Below are positions 11,401 through 24,443 of a DNA stretch of 64,000 bases, in pieces (the stretch's first letter is position 1; each line of letters begins with the position of its first letter). Source of the stretch: Octopus bimaculoides (lineage: Eukaryota); contig NC_068984.1 in assembly GCF_001194135.2 (NCBI RefSeq), positions 126,332,426 through 126,396,425 of the forward strand, written 5' to 3'. The position numbers were made by a program, and so were the translations under genes. A model generated the notes under the pieces. That model worked only from the letters and a program-made list of their open reading frames with translations, did not search any database and was not told the origin of the DNA.

Positions 11401-12428
11401 TATGGNNNNNNNNNNNNNNNNNNNNNNNNNNNNNNNNNNNNNNNNNNNNNNNNNNNNNNNNNNNNNNNNNNNNNNNNNNNNNNNNNNNNNNNNNNNNNNN
11501 NNNNNNNNNNNNNNNNNNNNNNNNNNNNNNNNNNNNNNNNNNNNNNNNNNNNNNNNNNNNNNNNNNNNNNNNNNNNNNNNNNNNNNNNNNNNNNNNNNNN
11601 NNNNNNNNNNNNNNNNNNNNNNNNNNNNNNNNNNNNNNNNNNNNNNNNNNNNNNNNNNNNNNNNNNNNNNNNNNNNNNNNNNNNNNNNNNNNNNNNNNNN
11701 NNNNNNNNNNNNNNNNNNNNNNNNNNNNNNNNNNNNNNNNNNNNNNNNNNNNNNNNNNNNNNNNNNNNNNNNNNNNNNNNCACAATTACATTCTCACATG
11801 ATGTAACACGGGGACAATGGTACATATTGACAACATAATGTAACACAGAGATAATAGTATATACTTGCAACACAGCCTAACTGATACAGAAAGGCTGTGC
11901 ATATGACAATATGACCTAACATTGTGACATGGGTACATCTTGACATTGTCTAACATGGTGACACAGATACATACTAACATAAGACTAATATTGATACATA
12001 CTAGCAACATTACCTTAGTGACACTGGTACATATGAACATATGACTGTTGGATATCTAACACAATATAGATAGCATATGGCTCACACTGTTAATGAGATT
12101 ATTCACACTATAAATATGATTCTCAACACATTGAAAATAGAACATCCAACATACTGAAAGTAAGACTACCAACATGTAAATAGTACATTCAGTAGATAAC
12201 CAGTGAAAGAATGGTACATACTAGAAAGTCATGCTTCATTATGTGTGATGGTCATAGTTTAATTTCTACAGTACTTCGTTTTTAATGTCTTTTTCAGATC
12301 TTATATAGATTTAAAGGAAGGCTCCTTGAAGATGAATTAATACATGTTATTGCCAGAAATGTGATATTGATAATTAAATAAAAGACAAAAACACTCAGAT
12401 TTCAACAATAATTTATTACTATATATAT

Positions 12429-12608
12429 CTACACTCTCTGAGTGGTTGGCGTTAGGAAGGGCATCCAGCTGTAGAAACTCTGCCAAATTAGATTGGAGCC
12501 TGGTGTTGCCATCCGGANNNNNNNNNNTGCCAAATTAGATTGGAGCCTGGTGTTGCCATCCGGAACCCATGCTAGCATGGAAAGCGGACGTTAAACGATG
12601 ATGATGAT
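12429..12608 (+). mobile_element. RTE-type 3' tail element ending in (GAT)n
   Basis: gagtggttggcgttaggaagggcatccagctgtagaaac...catgctagcatggaaagcggacgttaaacgatgatgat. Matches copies at 33622, 46843 and 55816. Confidence 0.8.
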
Positions 12609-12710
12609 ATATATATATGTATATTATATCAGAGAAAAAAATCAAAACCAAGGCAGAACGAGTATCTCAAGTCATTTAGAATAATTTAATTAGGGTAAGG
12701 TGAATTTGAA

Positions 12711-12786
12711 GTCTTACAACTATTTCTGGGATAACCTAAGTCGCTGGTTAGCATATCTATGAACTGGGTATTCTGTCATCAGGGAC
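12711..12786 (-). ncRNA. Degenerate hammerhead-ribozyme-like motif
   Basis: Minus strand gtcc-CTGATGA-cagaatacc...tatccca-GAAA-tagttg-TA-agac. Same flanks as the 63332-63387 motif, with stem III decayed. Confidence 0.5.
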
Positions 12787-12981
12787 AAGGTATGAATATT
12801 TTAGACAGGGAAAATTTGCAGTTTACAAGGAATGAAATTCATAGTTTATAAGAAATAAAATAGAAGAATAAAGAGTAAAAGTAGTTAGAAGAATATAAGC
12901 AGGAGAATAATGTTCACAACTCATCTTTTTCCAGAGGATATGGATGTTGGCCAGTACTTCCATGAAGGTACTGGTTTTTAG

Positions 12982-14222
12982 TTAAAATCCCAGGTAAATC
13001 CAGGCAGTATTTTGGCGGTGTTCTGAATAATGTATTTATATTGTAAATGTGTATATAGAGCAAGACAGTATGATGGACATAGNNNNNNNNNNNNNNNNNN
13101 NNNNNNNNNNNNNNNNNNNNNNNNNNNNNNNNNNNNNNNNNNNNNNNNNNNNNNNNNNNNNNNNNNNNNNNNNNNNNNNNNNNNNNNNNNNNNNNNNNNN
13201 NNNNNNNNNNNNNNNNNNNNNNNNNNNNNNNNNNNNNNNNNNNNNNNNNNNNNNNNNNNNNNNNNNNNNNNNNNNNNNNNNNNNNNNNNNNNNNNNNNNN
13301 NNNNNNNNNNNNNNNNNNNNNNNNNNNNNNNNNNNNNNNNNNNNNNNNNNNNNNNNNNNNNNNNNNNNNNNNNNNNNNNNNNNNNNNNNNNNNNNNNNNN
13401 NNNNNNNNNNNNNNNNNNNNNNNNNNNNNNNNNNNNNNNNNNNNNNNNNNNNNNNNNNNNNNNNNNNNNNNNNNNNNNNNNNNNNNNNNNNNNNNNNNNN
13501 NNNNNNNNNNNNNNNNNNNNNNNNNNNNNNNNNNNNNNNNNNNNNNNNNNNNNNNNNNNNNNNNNNNNNNNNNNNNNNNNNNNNNNNNNNNNNNNNNNNN
13601 NNNNNNNNNNNNNNNNNNNNNNNNNNNNNNNNNNNNNNNNNNNNNNNNNNNNNNNNNNNNNNNNNNNNNNNNNNNNNNNNNNNNNNNNNNNNNNNNNNNN
13701 NNNNNNNNNNNNNNNNNNNNNNNNNNNNNNNNNNNNNNNNNNNNNNNNNNNNNNNNNNNNNNNNNNNNNNNNNNNNNNNNNNNNNNNNNNNNNNNNNNNN
13801 NNNNNNNNNNNNNNNNNNNNNNNNNNNNNNNNNNNNNNNNNNNNNNNNNNNNNNNNNNNNNNNNNNNNNNNNNNNNNNNNNNNNNNNNNNNNNNNNNNNN
13901 NNNNNNNNNNNNNNNNNNNNNNNNNAGACTTATTATCCGATGAATTTACTTTGTTGACATTCTTCATCGACAGAATTTTTATTCCTTTCAACCTTTCAGT
14001 CAAGTCCGCCTTTCTTCCAGTAACATACTGTCCATATAATCTTAAATATTTCTTTAACTCAGGCACAGTAAGTACTTCGATAGCTGAATCATCAAGCTGC
14101 TTTATATCCATGATAAGACGTAAAACAATAACAATGGCGTGGGTAGCCTCCGGAAGTTTAATTATCTACATGGAGCGCCGCCTAGCCAAGGGAGATAACC
14201 TACTTATAGGAAAGCCCTATAG
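12982..14222 (-). mobile_element. Putative mobile element carrying a SAP-domain ORF (mostly in an N gap)
   Basis: CpG-retaining segment on both sides of an ~840-N gap, with a short terminal palindrome tatagg-aaagc-cctata at 14205-14221. Boundaries are approximate. Confidence 0.45.
13926..14111 (-). CDS. N-terminal fragment of an ORF with a SAP DNA-binding domain
   Basis: LTVPELKKYLRLYGQYVTGRKADLTERL (13989-14072) fits the SAP pattern LxVxELKxxLxxxGxxxxGxKxxLxxRL. The ORF stays open until the gap. Confidence 0.7.
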
Positions 14223-14859
14223 AAGACCAGTAGTTGACCATGCATACCAACCTCCCCTCTCCACATCACTGGTGTTAGGCCTAGATGGGTTGTACTTGTC
14301 TGTTATATCTACTTATATTTTGATGTGCTACCCTATGGTACCTTTACAAAGAGATGAACTGGACCACACACATGTGCACACATGCATAAATACACAGTTA
14401 TGCACCCTAACATATACACATATACATTTACTCATATGCATTCATGCAATTACATATACATTTATGCATGTGTATAACATATGCAATCATATATATGTGT
14501 ATGTATGTGCATATGTATATATGTATGCGTACACACACACACATATATATACACACACACATACATACATGCACAAATGCTTTATCCACATTCATTCACA
14601 ACCTAATGATTATATAGTCATGTACTCCATGTGTTACATATTATATGTGTGTTTTTTATTATCATTACAAATCTTTACACACATACGAATACACACACAC
14701 ACACACAGAGTCAGATATGATTTTTTCCCACATGTGTGTGTATGTATGATTCTATATATTATATGCATGTATAAATGTATGTATAATTCTAGGAGTATAT
14801 ACAAGTAAATTATATGTGAGTGTTCAGAACTGTGTATTTGTGTGTGTGCACATGTGCCT

Positions 14860-14916
<57 letters not shown>

Positions 14917-15849
14917 TATGCATACACTCGCATATACACTTGCACACAAATAAAATATTTACATGCATGTCTTCATGCATGTTCAGACCCACAAATATGC
15001 ATTGATACACCTCACACAAGACTATACACACAACTACCGTGGTATATATAATTATAGCTGTCTTATTTCAATTATGTGCTCGAATGTGCATACACATGCT
15101 CACAAAACCTGGTATAATTACAACTCAGGTTCAATTCTCAACCATCACAGTGCTACACATCCTACACTCTATTGAACCATTTCCAATATTATGTATAGCA
15201 ACCAGCAATTTAATATCATCACCATCATCATTATAATCAATTCCACAACGATCATCATCAACATCTCAGGTCAGCCTCCTATCTTAATTACTGCTCAGAT
15301 CAATATAGTGCAGCTTTGATGTGCAACGTTGCACAATAATGATCAATAGATGTGCATCTTGGTGGTTGCATATTGTAGCAAACTTGCATCTGGCTATTGT
15401 TCCATTGTGCACTGATGTGGTTTACATAGTGTTTGAACAGTAATGTGATGGTCTAGTGATTTGGTCTCAAGGCAGTTTCACAACAAAGTTTGGTAATGGT
15501 CTAGTCATAATTTAAATGATGGTTTTATAATGGTTTTATGATAGCATCGTTATCGTCAGGCAACAGTCCGGTAACGTTCTTAAAATAGTGTGGTCTTGGT
15601 CATATAATGATCTGCTGATGGTTTGTTAACAGTTGTTTGAAAGTCTGGCCATAGTCTTGTTGCATTATGACATTATAATGGCTTGAAAACAGCCTTGAAT
15701 GAATATTTCCACCCACATCACTGAAGGGAAACGGCCTTAGACACAGCCACTACTCTTATCCATTCATTTGGTGTGAATACAGTTAGTAGGTCTTGAGTTC
15801 TCTTCTGACCTACTTTACTGTCAGAGTTGAATTCCTTCACCTTTAGCTC

Positions 15850-16230
15850 TTCACAAGTTATTGGACTGTGGCCATGCTGGAGTACCACCTTCGAAAGGTT
15901 TTTAGTCAAATAGATTGAGCCCAGTACTTATTCTTTAATTTTGGAACTTATTCTACCACTCTCTTTTGCCAAACTGGTAATATACAGGGGCATAAACAAA
16001 CCAACACCAGTTATCAAGTGGTATGGGGTGCAAAGACACACACATACACACACACATGTATGTGTATGTACATGATGGACCTCCACACACTTTCAGTCAA
16101 CCAAATTCACTCATATGGTATTGGTTGGCTTGAGGCTATAGTAAAAGACAGAATTGCCTGAGATGTTGCATTGAGAAACCTAGACCCAAAACCATGTGTT
16201 TGCAAATCTAGCTTCTTAACTATAGTCAAT
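15850..16230 (-). mobile_element. Diverged SINE family A
   Basis: Reverse-complement tail ggactgtggccatgctggagtaccacc, internal CA tract, degraded head. Confidence 0.75.
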
Positions 16231-18448
16231 AAGTTAGGCATTAGTGATGGGTATCTTCTGCTCTTTTATTTTGCTGATCCAGAAGAAGAAAATTATTAAG
16301 AAGAACTTTCTTTTCCTTTTTTTCCGTTTTGGCAAGATTTAAATTCAGAAATGGAAGTGAATTTAAATAGCAAACCCCTAGACAATTTATACTTCTTAAC
16401 TGATCTGTTCCAATGTAGTTCATCACACAAGCTACTAATTGATGTGACTAATCTTTATAAAAACAGGTTAGTCATCTGCATCATCTCTTGCCCCCACCCT
16501 CTTTTCTATCTCAGACTTGGATATTTGGAATTTTGCCAAAAAAGTATATCGGAAATTTATGCCTTGCTATTTTACACATTTGGTCTTAATATACAGACAG
16601 GAACAGCTATTTACCTTCCATATCTCTGATCAAAGTTTTAAAACATATGGAAATGGTTTGCTCTGAATTTTTGTCTGATACATTTTTTTTTTTTTTTTGG
16701 CTAAAATCCTTTTTTTTTTTGGTCAGCTGTACTCTTAACATTTGAAATACAAATTTTGCCTATCCTCCCTATCACCCATCATCATCATCATTTTCATGTC
16801 CACTTTTCCATGCTTGCATGGGTCAGCTGGAATTTATTGAGGCAGGTTTTATAGGCCCAGATGCCCTTCCTGTCACCACTCCTCACCTGTTTTCAAGCAA
16901 GGTAATATATAAAGCTACAAATTTTTTATGAGGAGGTTTAGTTGATTAACTGCTACTTTTAGAAGGTTGAATGATCATAAAGAGAGTCCCTTGTTAGCTT
17001 GTAATATATGCAGAAACACATGTGGTGTTATACATAATTTAGTGTGGTAAGTTATATATAGTGTGTTGTATATATACAGAGTGGTTCATGTGGTGTATTC
17101 TTTATTCTTTAGTTACATGCAGTTTAGTGTGATGTGTGTATAGTAATGGGTGATAAGTGAAAATTTTGTAAATAGGCTTTTAAGTTTTCACTGCATATTG
17201 ACTATGGAAAATAGTCTAATATTTGGGCATATAAACCCCTGATGGAAAACAATGGGCATTAGTATGTGTGGGAAATGTCTGGGTTTTTTTTCAGTGATAT
17301 ATATATATACAAATGCATGAAACTCTCAAACCCTGAGTCACTCTGTTACTTCTGCTAAATATTAATAATAATAATGATATATATATATATATATATCTAT
17401 ACACATACACACATATACATATAATATATATATATATATATGTCTCCATGCATGTGTGCATCATATACAGTTGTTTTTATAGTTGTGAATGTAATATAGA
17501 ATGTATAAAGATATGGTTTGTATATGATTATAGTGTGTACCTTTGTGTGTGTATCCTATGCATCATGCCTTTATATGTTAGAGTGGTACATACACATGGC
17601 TATATATATATTATCTTTATCTTATGATATTTACTTTGTTTTATATTATCCTCATTTATTGTGCTTTTAATTGTTAATTTTTCTATATGTGATAGTGGAT
17701 TTTCATCGATGAGTTCTTGAAACTTGGTTATTTTCCCTAAAACTATATAAATTATCTACATACACATATATATATATATATACACACACATAATACATAC
17801 ACACACACACACACAAGGTATATGTTATGTACAGTAGCTCTTAGTTATACATGTGTGTGTGCAATATCTATTTTTCTATCCACACACTAGTGTAACTAGA
17901 TAATCAGTCATGTGACCTTTTAATGATTACAAGTATCCACCAATGGGGGATCAGCCTTATTGATTTCTTTTGTGTGAGAGATATAACTGGCAACTTTGTG
18001 AGGATGAAATGCAGAACATACCTTAGTGAGATTTGAACTCAGAATGTTAAAGTTCCACTACTAAACACTGCCAGATACTTTGCCCCAAACCCCAATAATT
18101 TTGCCAATTCACTGCTCTGCATGCATGCATGTGTGTGTGTGAGTGTGTGTGTGCGCACATACATATATTAACACACAACACACACACAACAACACACACA
18201 CACACACACATTTCATGATTGTGTTCAGTGAAGTGAAAAAAGGGAGTAGAATTTCAAATGAGTTCACCCAGAAGTATTGTTGCTTATTTATTGTTGTATC
18301 AGATGACTGTAGCCTTTAGTGGGTAGCCGTTTCACATGTCCCCTGTGACACCTTACTACTAAATTAACCTTTGACACCTGAAGAAAAGCTGAACTTGGCT
18401 GATATGCCAGTTGTTAGCTCAACCTTTAATTCTCCATACAACCATTTA

Positions 18449-18560
<112 letters not shown>

Positions 18561-18852
18561 TATATTGCTATATGTTTGTCACCGAAATCTATTACCATAC
18601 AGACACCAACTTTGATACATAATCCCTGTTATGAAATCCTTTCCTGACTTGACCTTCCTTCCCAAAATGTTACCTGACACACAAGCCAGTTGAATCAGGT
18701 TTCAATGTTTAGACTTTATTACTTCCATGTTTTCGAAGTAATTCTTTATTTTTTTAATTTTTTTATTTTAATCATTGTACTCTAACTTTACTGAGACACC
18801 ACCTTCATAGGTTTTAGCCAATTATCCCGACACCATATATATATATATTACA

Positions 18853-18898
<46 letters not shown>

Positions 18899-19174
18899 GT
18901 ATGTCTGTGTGTGTGTTTATGTATATTTGCATATATGTAATTTTATATTTGAGTGTACATTTTGCAGAATGGCATATAAAGCCTGTTTACAGTATTTGGC
19001 TTCCTGATGTCATCAACAGGTACCTTTTGGCAAGTCACCTGATGAGACACATCTTTTCCATTGATGCACCACAGCTGTTTGTATAGCATCTCACTCATGA
19101 GGTACCAGTGCTCAATGGGTCGAAACAACCATAGTGAATAAATGAGAATCTCATCAATTCCATTTTCTTTCTCG

Positions 19175-19214
<40 letters not shown>

Positions 19215-19844
19215 NNNNNNNNNNNNNNNNNNNNNNNNNNNNNNNNNNNNNNNNNNNNNNNNNNNNNNNNNNNNNNNNNNNNNNNNNNNNNNNNNNNNNN
19301 NNNNNNNNNNNNNNNNNNNNNNNNNNNNNNNNNNNNNNNNNNNNNNNNNNNNNNNNNNNNNNNNNNNNNNNNNNNNNNNNNNNNNNNNNNNNNNNNNNNN
19401 NNNNNNNNNNNNNNNNNNNNNNNNNNNNNNNNNNNNNNNNNNNNNNNNNNNNNNNNNNNNNNNNNNNNNNNNNNNNNNNNNNNNNNNNNNNNNNNNNNNN
19501 NNNNNNNNNNNNNNNNNNNNNNNNNNNNNNNNNNNNNNNNNNNNNNNNNNNNNNNNNNNNNNNNNNNNNNNNNNNNNNNNNNNNNNNNNNNNNNNNNNNN
19601 NNNNNNNNNNNNNNNNNNNNNNNNNNNNNNNNNNNNNNNNNNNNNNNNNNNNNNNNNNNNNNNNNNNNNNNNNNNNNNNNNNNNNNNNNNNNNNNNNNNN
19701 NNNNNNNNNNNNNNNNNNNNNNNNNNNNNNNNNNNNNNNNNNNNNNNNNNNNNNNNNNNNNNNNNNNNNNNNNNNNNNNNNNNNNNNNNNNNNNNNNNNN
19801 NNNNNNNNNNNNNNNNNNNNNNNNNNNNNNNNNNNNNNNNNNNG

Positions 19845-20182
19845 AGGAAATGGACCCCAGGACTTATTCTTTGGAAGCCTAGTACTTATTCTATCGGTCT
19901 CTTTTGCCGAACCACTAAGTTACGGGGACGTAAACACACCAGCATCGGTTGTCAAGCGATGTTGGGGGACAAACACAGACACACAAACACATACACACAC
20001 ATACATATATATATATACATATATACGACGGGCTTCTTTCAGTTTCCGTCTACCAAATCCACTCACAAGGCTTTGGTCGGCCTGAGGCTATAGTAGAAGA
20101 CACTTGCCCAAGGTGCCATGCAGTGGGAATGAACCCTGAACCATGTGGTTGGTAAGCAAGCTACTTACCACACAGCTGCTCC
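19845..20182 (-). mobile_element. Young SINE family A
   Basis: Near-identical to the reverse complement of 55041-55479, with many CpGs retained. Confidence 0.9.
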
Positions 20183-20814
20183 TGTACCTTAATTATAAAA
20201 TTACAATAGGATCTGTTTAATTATTTTATAAATATAATAGGATTTTTTAAACATTGAATGGCTATTAGGGTCCATCTGAGTAAAATAGGGCGCAGGGGTA
20301 AAAAATGGTTGAGAAACATTGTTCTAGTCTAATGGCAACCAAAGCAGCTTATTGTCCCAGTGGGGCTAGGTATACCACCTGCCAGGCTCTTTGGATTAAG
20401 ATTATACATTGTTCTTGTTCAAGGGTTCAGTAAAAGAAATGGATGGCTATGGAGGCCATCAGGTGCAAGTGAATGATATGGATCAGTAGTGTTGTTGTGC
20501 ATGAATGAAATAGTACAAATCTAAGGAATCAGATGTGTGCAAGGAAAAAAAACTTGAGTTGGTACAACTTAGTCTTTTTTTTTTGTATGTATGGAGGGTG
20601 ACAGTTGGGTAAAGAGGTACTGGATGATCAAGAGGATGGAAACCGTAAGGGTGGAAGACTGTGAAAGGCATGGAAAGAAATAACACAAGTTGATTTTTAG
20701 GAGGCTGAATCACACATAAGAAATGACAAAAGATCGCTCTGAATTATGTGATGCTGTTCTAGAGAAGGCCTGTCTAGTCATGTGAGCATGGAAAAGCAGA
20801 TGTTAAATTTATTC

Positions 20815-21202
20815 TTTTATTCTTTGAGATGTTTCAGTTACTTGACCACGGCCTTTCTGGAGCACTGCCTTAAAGGGTTTTAGCTGAAGAAATCAACCCC
20901 AGGACTTAGTCTTTGTGAGCCTAATACTTATTCTATCAGTCTCGTTTGGTGAATTGCTAAGTTATGGGAACATAGACACACCAACATTGGTTGTCAAGCA
21001 ATGGTAGGGGACAAACACACAGACGCACAAACATAAATACACACACACACACACGAACTTCTTTCACTTTCCATCTACCAAATTCACTCATAAATCTTTG
21101 GTCTTCCTGAGGCTATAGTAGAAGACACTTGCCCAGTGGGACTGAACCCGAAACCATGTGATTGGGAAGCAAGTTTCTTACTACAAAGCCACGCTTGCGC
21201 CT
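20815..21202 (-). mobile_element. SINE family A
   Basis: Same head, core and tail as the other family A copies, in reverse complement. Confidence 0.85.
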
Positions 21203-21815
21203 GAATAAAATAACAATGAATAAAATTAATATATCAATGTTAATGTGTTTTTAATGGTTACAATGACTCTACCATAATGCAATTGTTTTAGTGCTAACGT
21301 ACAATCTCAGATTAGATCATTTAAATAAGTGTATCTCATAAAGTTTATGAAAGTAGCTGTTGGTTGGTGATATGAAACACATCTAGTTGGAGAATTCTTG
21401 TTGATTAACCATGCGGTACGATACATTGGTTTTTAGAACCAACTGCATTAACAAGACTGATGCCTATCTTATTAGTACTGTATACAACAGGGTAAGAAAT
21501 ATATTTAACTCTTCCACTCATATTTTCTATCTCTCCTTTTTATGCCATCCACTTCCTTGTCTCAGTTTGTTCCATTAGATCTTACACTTCTGCAACCTTG
21601 TCTCCTAAGATATGCACCTTTCTAAGATATCTTCTTGAATATTCAAAAGTTTGACCTGAGCATTAACTGCATCTGACTGTCCTTACTGTATAAGCCCACT
21701 TTGTATTTAGAAAAGCCAGGGAAAGCCTGTAGGCACAGTTCCTTCTCTTTAAATTCATTAAAAAGAAATGTCCTCAGAATGAAAGACTAAATGTGATGGT
21801 TGGAGTGGTATTTAA

Positions 21816-22036
21816 CCCTTTAGCATTCAAACTGGCCATATCCAGCCCAAATATTTTACCTGTTTTATGTTCAAACCAGCCAGATCTGGCCTCTCACACC
21901 TATTCTACAATGTCATTCAAAAAATAAAACAATCACGTCATTGAAATCTCAAAGCTATGAGATAATGCATGATTAATTTAAAACAATGTCTATAAATAAG
22001 CATCATATTTGACAGAGTAATTTGAATGCTAATGAG
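21816..22036. mobile_element. piggyBac-like MITE
   Basis: TTAA-ccctttagcattcaaa...tttgaatgctaatgag-TTAG. Alignable along its length with 7221-7441. Confidence 0.75.
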
Positions 22037-22640
22037 TTAGAAAAATGCCATCATGAAAAAGAGAAAGATGATATACTGTTGCTGTTTAGCTGCGGTTCAG
22101 CTTTAATTCAGGAAACCTATGATGAAATGTGTTCCAACCATGACCATTGTGTCTTTTTTGTATATAGTGTGTCTAGGGTCACATTATATGTCATGTTGTT
22201 CCTTTCTTAAGAGGTTAGGGTGTAATTTAAGAAATAATTTACCTTCTATTTCTAGCAGATCAGGCAGCCATATAATGTTCCTTTGAAACAAAGTACTGAA
22301 TGCCGGATTTGGTGCATCATTTAACAAAAGATGTGAAGCTGACTGTAGTGAAGAGCAGAAAGATATCTATAAGGGGCTGATACAAAATGGGGGTAGGAGA
22401 CAGGCTGGTTTAAGTTGTTAACTGAAATTGTGAGCTTCAATATTGACATTCAGCCTATATACTGATTAGTAACCTGTTGGTGATGGCAGCCAAATCACTG
22501 AAAATTGCAAACTAGCATCTTAAAATAAAGAAACTTGGATATGTTAGACTGAAAGAGTATAATTGCAGAAATAAGTGGCTGAAATGGGGTTTATCCAAAG
22601 GGTCCCTGGAGTAGTGTTACTCAACATGGTGCTTGACTTG

Positions 22641-22860
22641 GAAATCAGGGAGTCTCTCAATGTTGAACTGCTACTTTTCTGCATCGAGAGTTCATAACTC
22701 TGGTATTACAGACATGTGATTAGAATGTCACAGGAAAGAACTGCAAGTCAACTGGCAAGAGACCTTGGGGTAGACCAAGAGTGAGACAGATAATATTCAT
22801 AGTCTCAGTTCGTCACGTTTGGGAATCCAACCAGAAACTGTAATAATGGTTGCTTCTTAT
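22641..22860 (+). pseudogene. Degenerate RTE (Expander/Rex3-like) ORF2 C-terminal fragment
   Basis: Translates EIRESLNVELLLFCIESS*LWYYRHVIRMSQER, then RPWGRPR in another frame. This resembles the RTE IRxxLxVEPLLxxIExxQLRWxGHxxRM...RPxGRPR pattern. Confidence 0.65.
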
Positions 22861-23004
22861 GGAGGAGGTGCCTGAGGATTCTACCCACTCTCAGAAATAC
22901 TGGTTAGAGAGGATGGATGGATGGATAGATGGATGGTAGAGAGGATGGATGGATGTTGTTCCTGATACATATACCTCAATACAAGACAATGGTTGGCTCA
23001 TTAT

Positions 23005-23235
23005 TCCTGGTATTTTTGATTTGGAGAAGGTGTTTGACTGGGTACCACATTTAGTAATTTGGTGGTCACTAAGGAAACTAGGTGTACATGAAAGGATTGT
23101 GAGGGTTGTACAAGCCATGTACAAACATGTAGTAAGTAGAATGAGAGTCAACAACAATTTCAGTGAAGACTTAAGTGTGAAGGTAAGAGTTTATCAAGGC
23201 TCTGTCTTCAGCTTTCTTTTATTTATCAGAACTCT
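23005..23235 (+). pseudogene. RTE-clade LINE reverse transcriptase fragment
   Basis: FDLEKVFDWVPHLVIWWSLRKLGVHERIVRVVQAMY...VYQGSVFSFLLFI matches the RTE RT pattern DLEKAFDRVP...WWxLRKLGV...VHQGSVLSPLLF. Confidence 0.85.
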
Positions 23236-23989
23236 AGACAAAAACCTCATTGGTCCGAGAAGGTCTATATAGGCTATAGATAGTGTCCCTCTGCCTTGTA
23301 TTATTAAATGAAATACTGGAAAACATGTCAACCCTATACATGTATACATCCATATATACATACCTACATGCAGCACACCTCATGTGCACAAATAAAAATT
23401 AGCTTCACTAATCTGGTATTCATCTTCCACCACTCTAATCTAAGAGCTATGGGCAGTATCCTTCCGACTTAAATGCAATGAATATGTCCTCACCTACCCT
23501 CCACCAAAAACAATCACAACGAAATAAAACAAGCAAAAAAAAAACCCCAGCTCTGAAGAAAGTAATATATACAAGGTTTCAGTTGAAGGAGGAGGAGAGC
23601 TAATAGTTGTTGATAAACCTCCAGCATAGATAGTCTGCTTTTAGAAATCTCTTGTATTTTACACATTGTACAGATTGCCAGTTGATGTATTTGAGCTTCT
23701 TACTGCAGATGGCATAGATATGAATCTATTTATTTGAATAATCTGAACTGACAAGTACAGTGAGGTGTGCATCTCTGCTACAACTGATGCTATTGGTGCA
23801 CATCTAGAGACATATATATGAAGTATAATACACATCTTACGCCTCTTCATTGTGCTAAAGCAAGACACATGCATGTCGCCATGTGTGTGTTTGTATACAT
23901 TTATATATGTGTATATTTACTTATCTATATATGTTTATAAATGCATATTCATGTATTATATATATATATATATATATATNNNNNNNNNN

Positions 23990-24146
23990 CAGGAGTTGCT
24001 GTGTGGTAAGAAGCTTGCTTCCAAACCACATGGTTCTGGGTTCAGTCCCACTGCATGGCACCTTGGGCAAGTGTCTTCTACTATAGCATTGGACCAACCA
24101 AAGCCTTGTGAGTGGATTTGGTAGACGGAAATTGAAAGAAGCCCGT

Positions 24147-24195
<49 letters not shown>

Positions 24196-24395
24196 TTTTG
24201 TGTGTCTGTGTTTGTCCTCCCACCATTGCTTGATGACTGATGTGTTTATGACTGGTGTGTTTATGTCCCCGTAACTTAGCAGTTCAGCAAAATAGACTGA
24301 TAAAATAAGTACTAGGCTTACAAAGAATAAGTCCCGGAGTTGATTTTCTCGACTAAAAGGCGGTGCTCCAGCAAATAACTGAAACAAATAAAAGA
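23990..24395 (+). mobile_element. SINE family A
   Basis: caggagttgctgtgtggtaag head, (TA)n hinge, ggcggtgctccagc...gaaacaaataaaaga tail. Confidence 0.88.
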
Positions 24396-24408
24396 ATACA
24401 TACATACA

Positions 24409-24443
<35 letters not shown>

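Noticed and set aside
11360-11873. Long ORFs spanning N runs (also 13030-14808, 19142-19882, 35735-37019, 41470-41983, 57808-58692 and others)
   Set aside because: Their length comes from assembly gaps translated as X; there is no coding evidence outside the SAP and R4/Dong segments.
12479-12565. Direct repeat tgccaaattagattggagcctggtgttgccatccgga on both sides of a short N gap
   Set aside because: Most likely an unmerged contig overlap.
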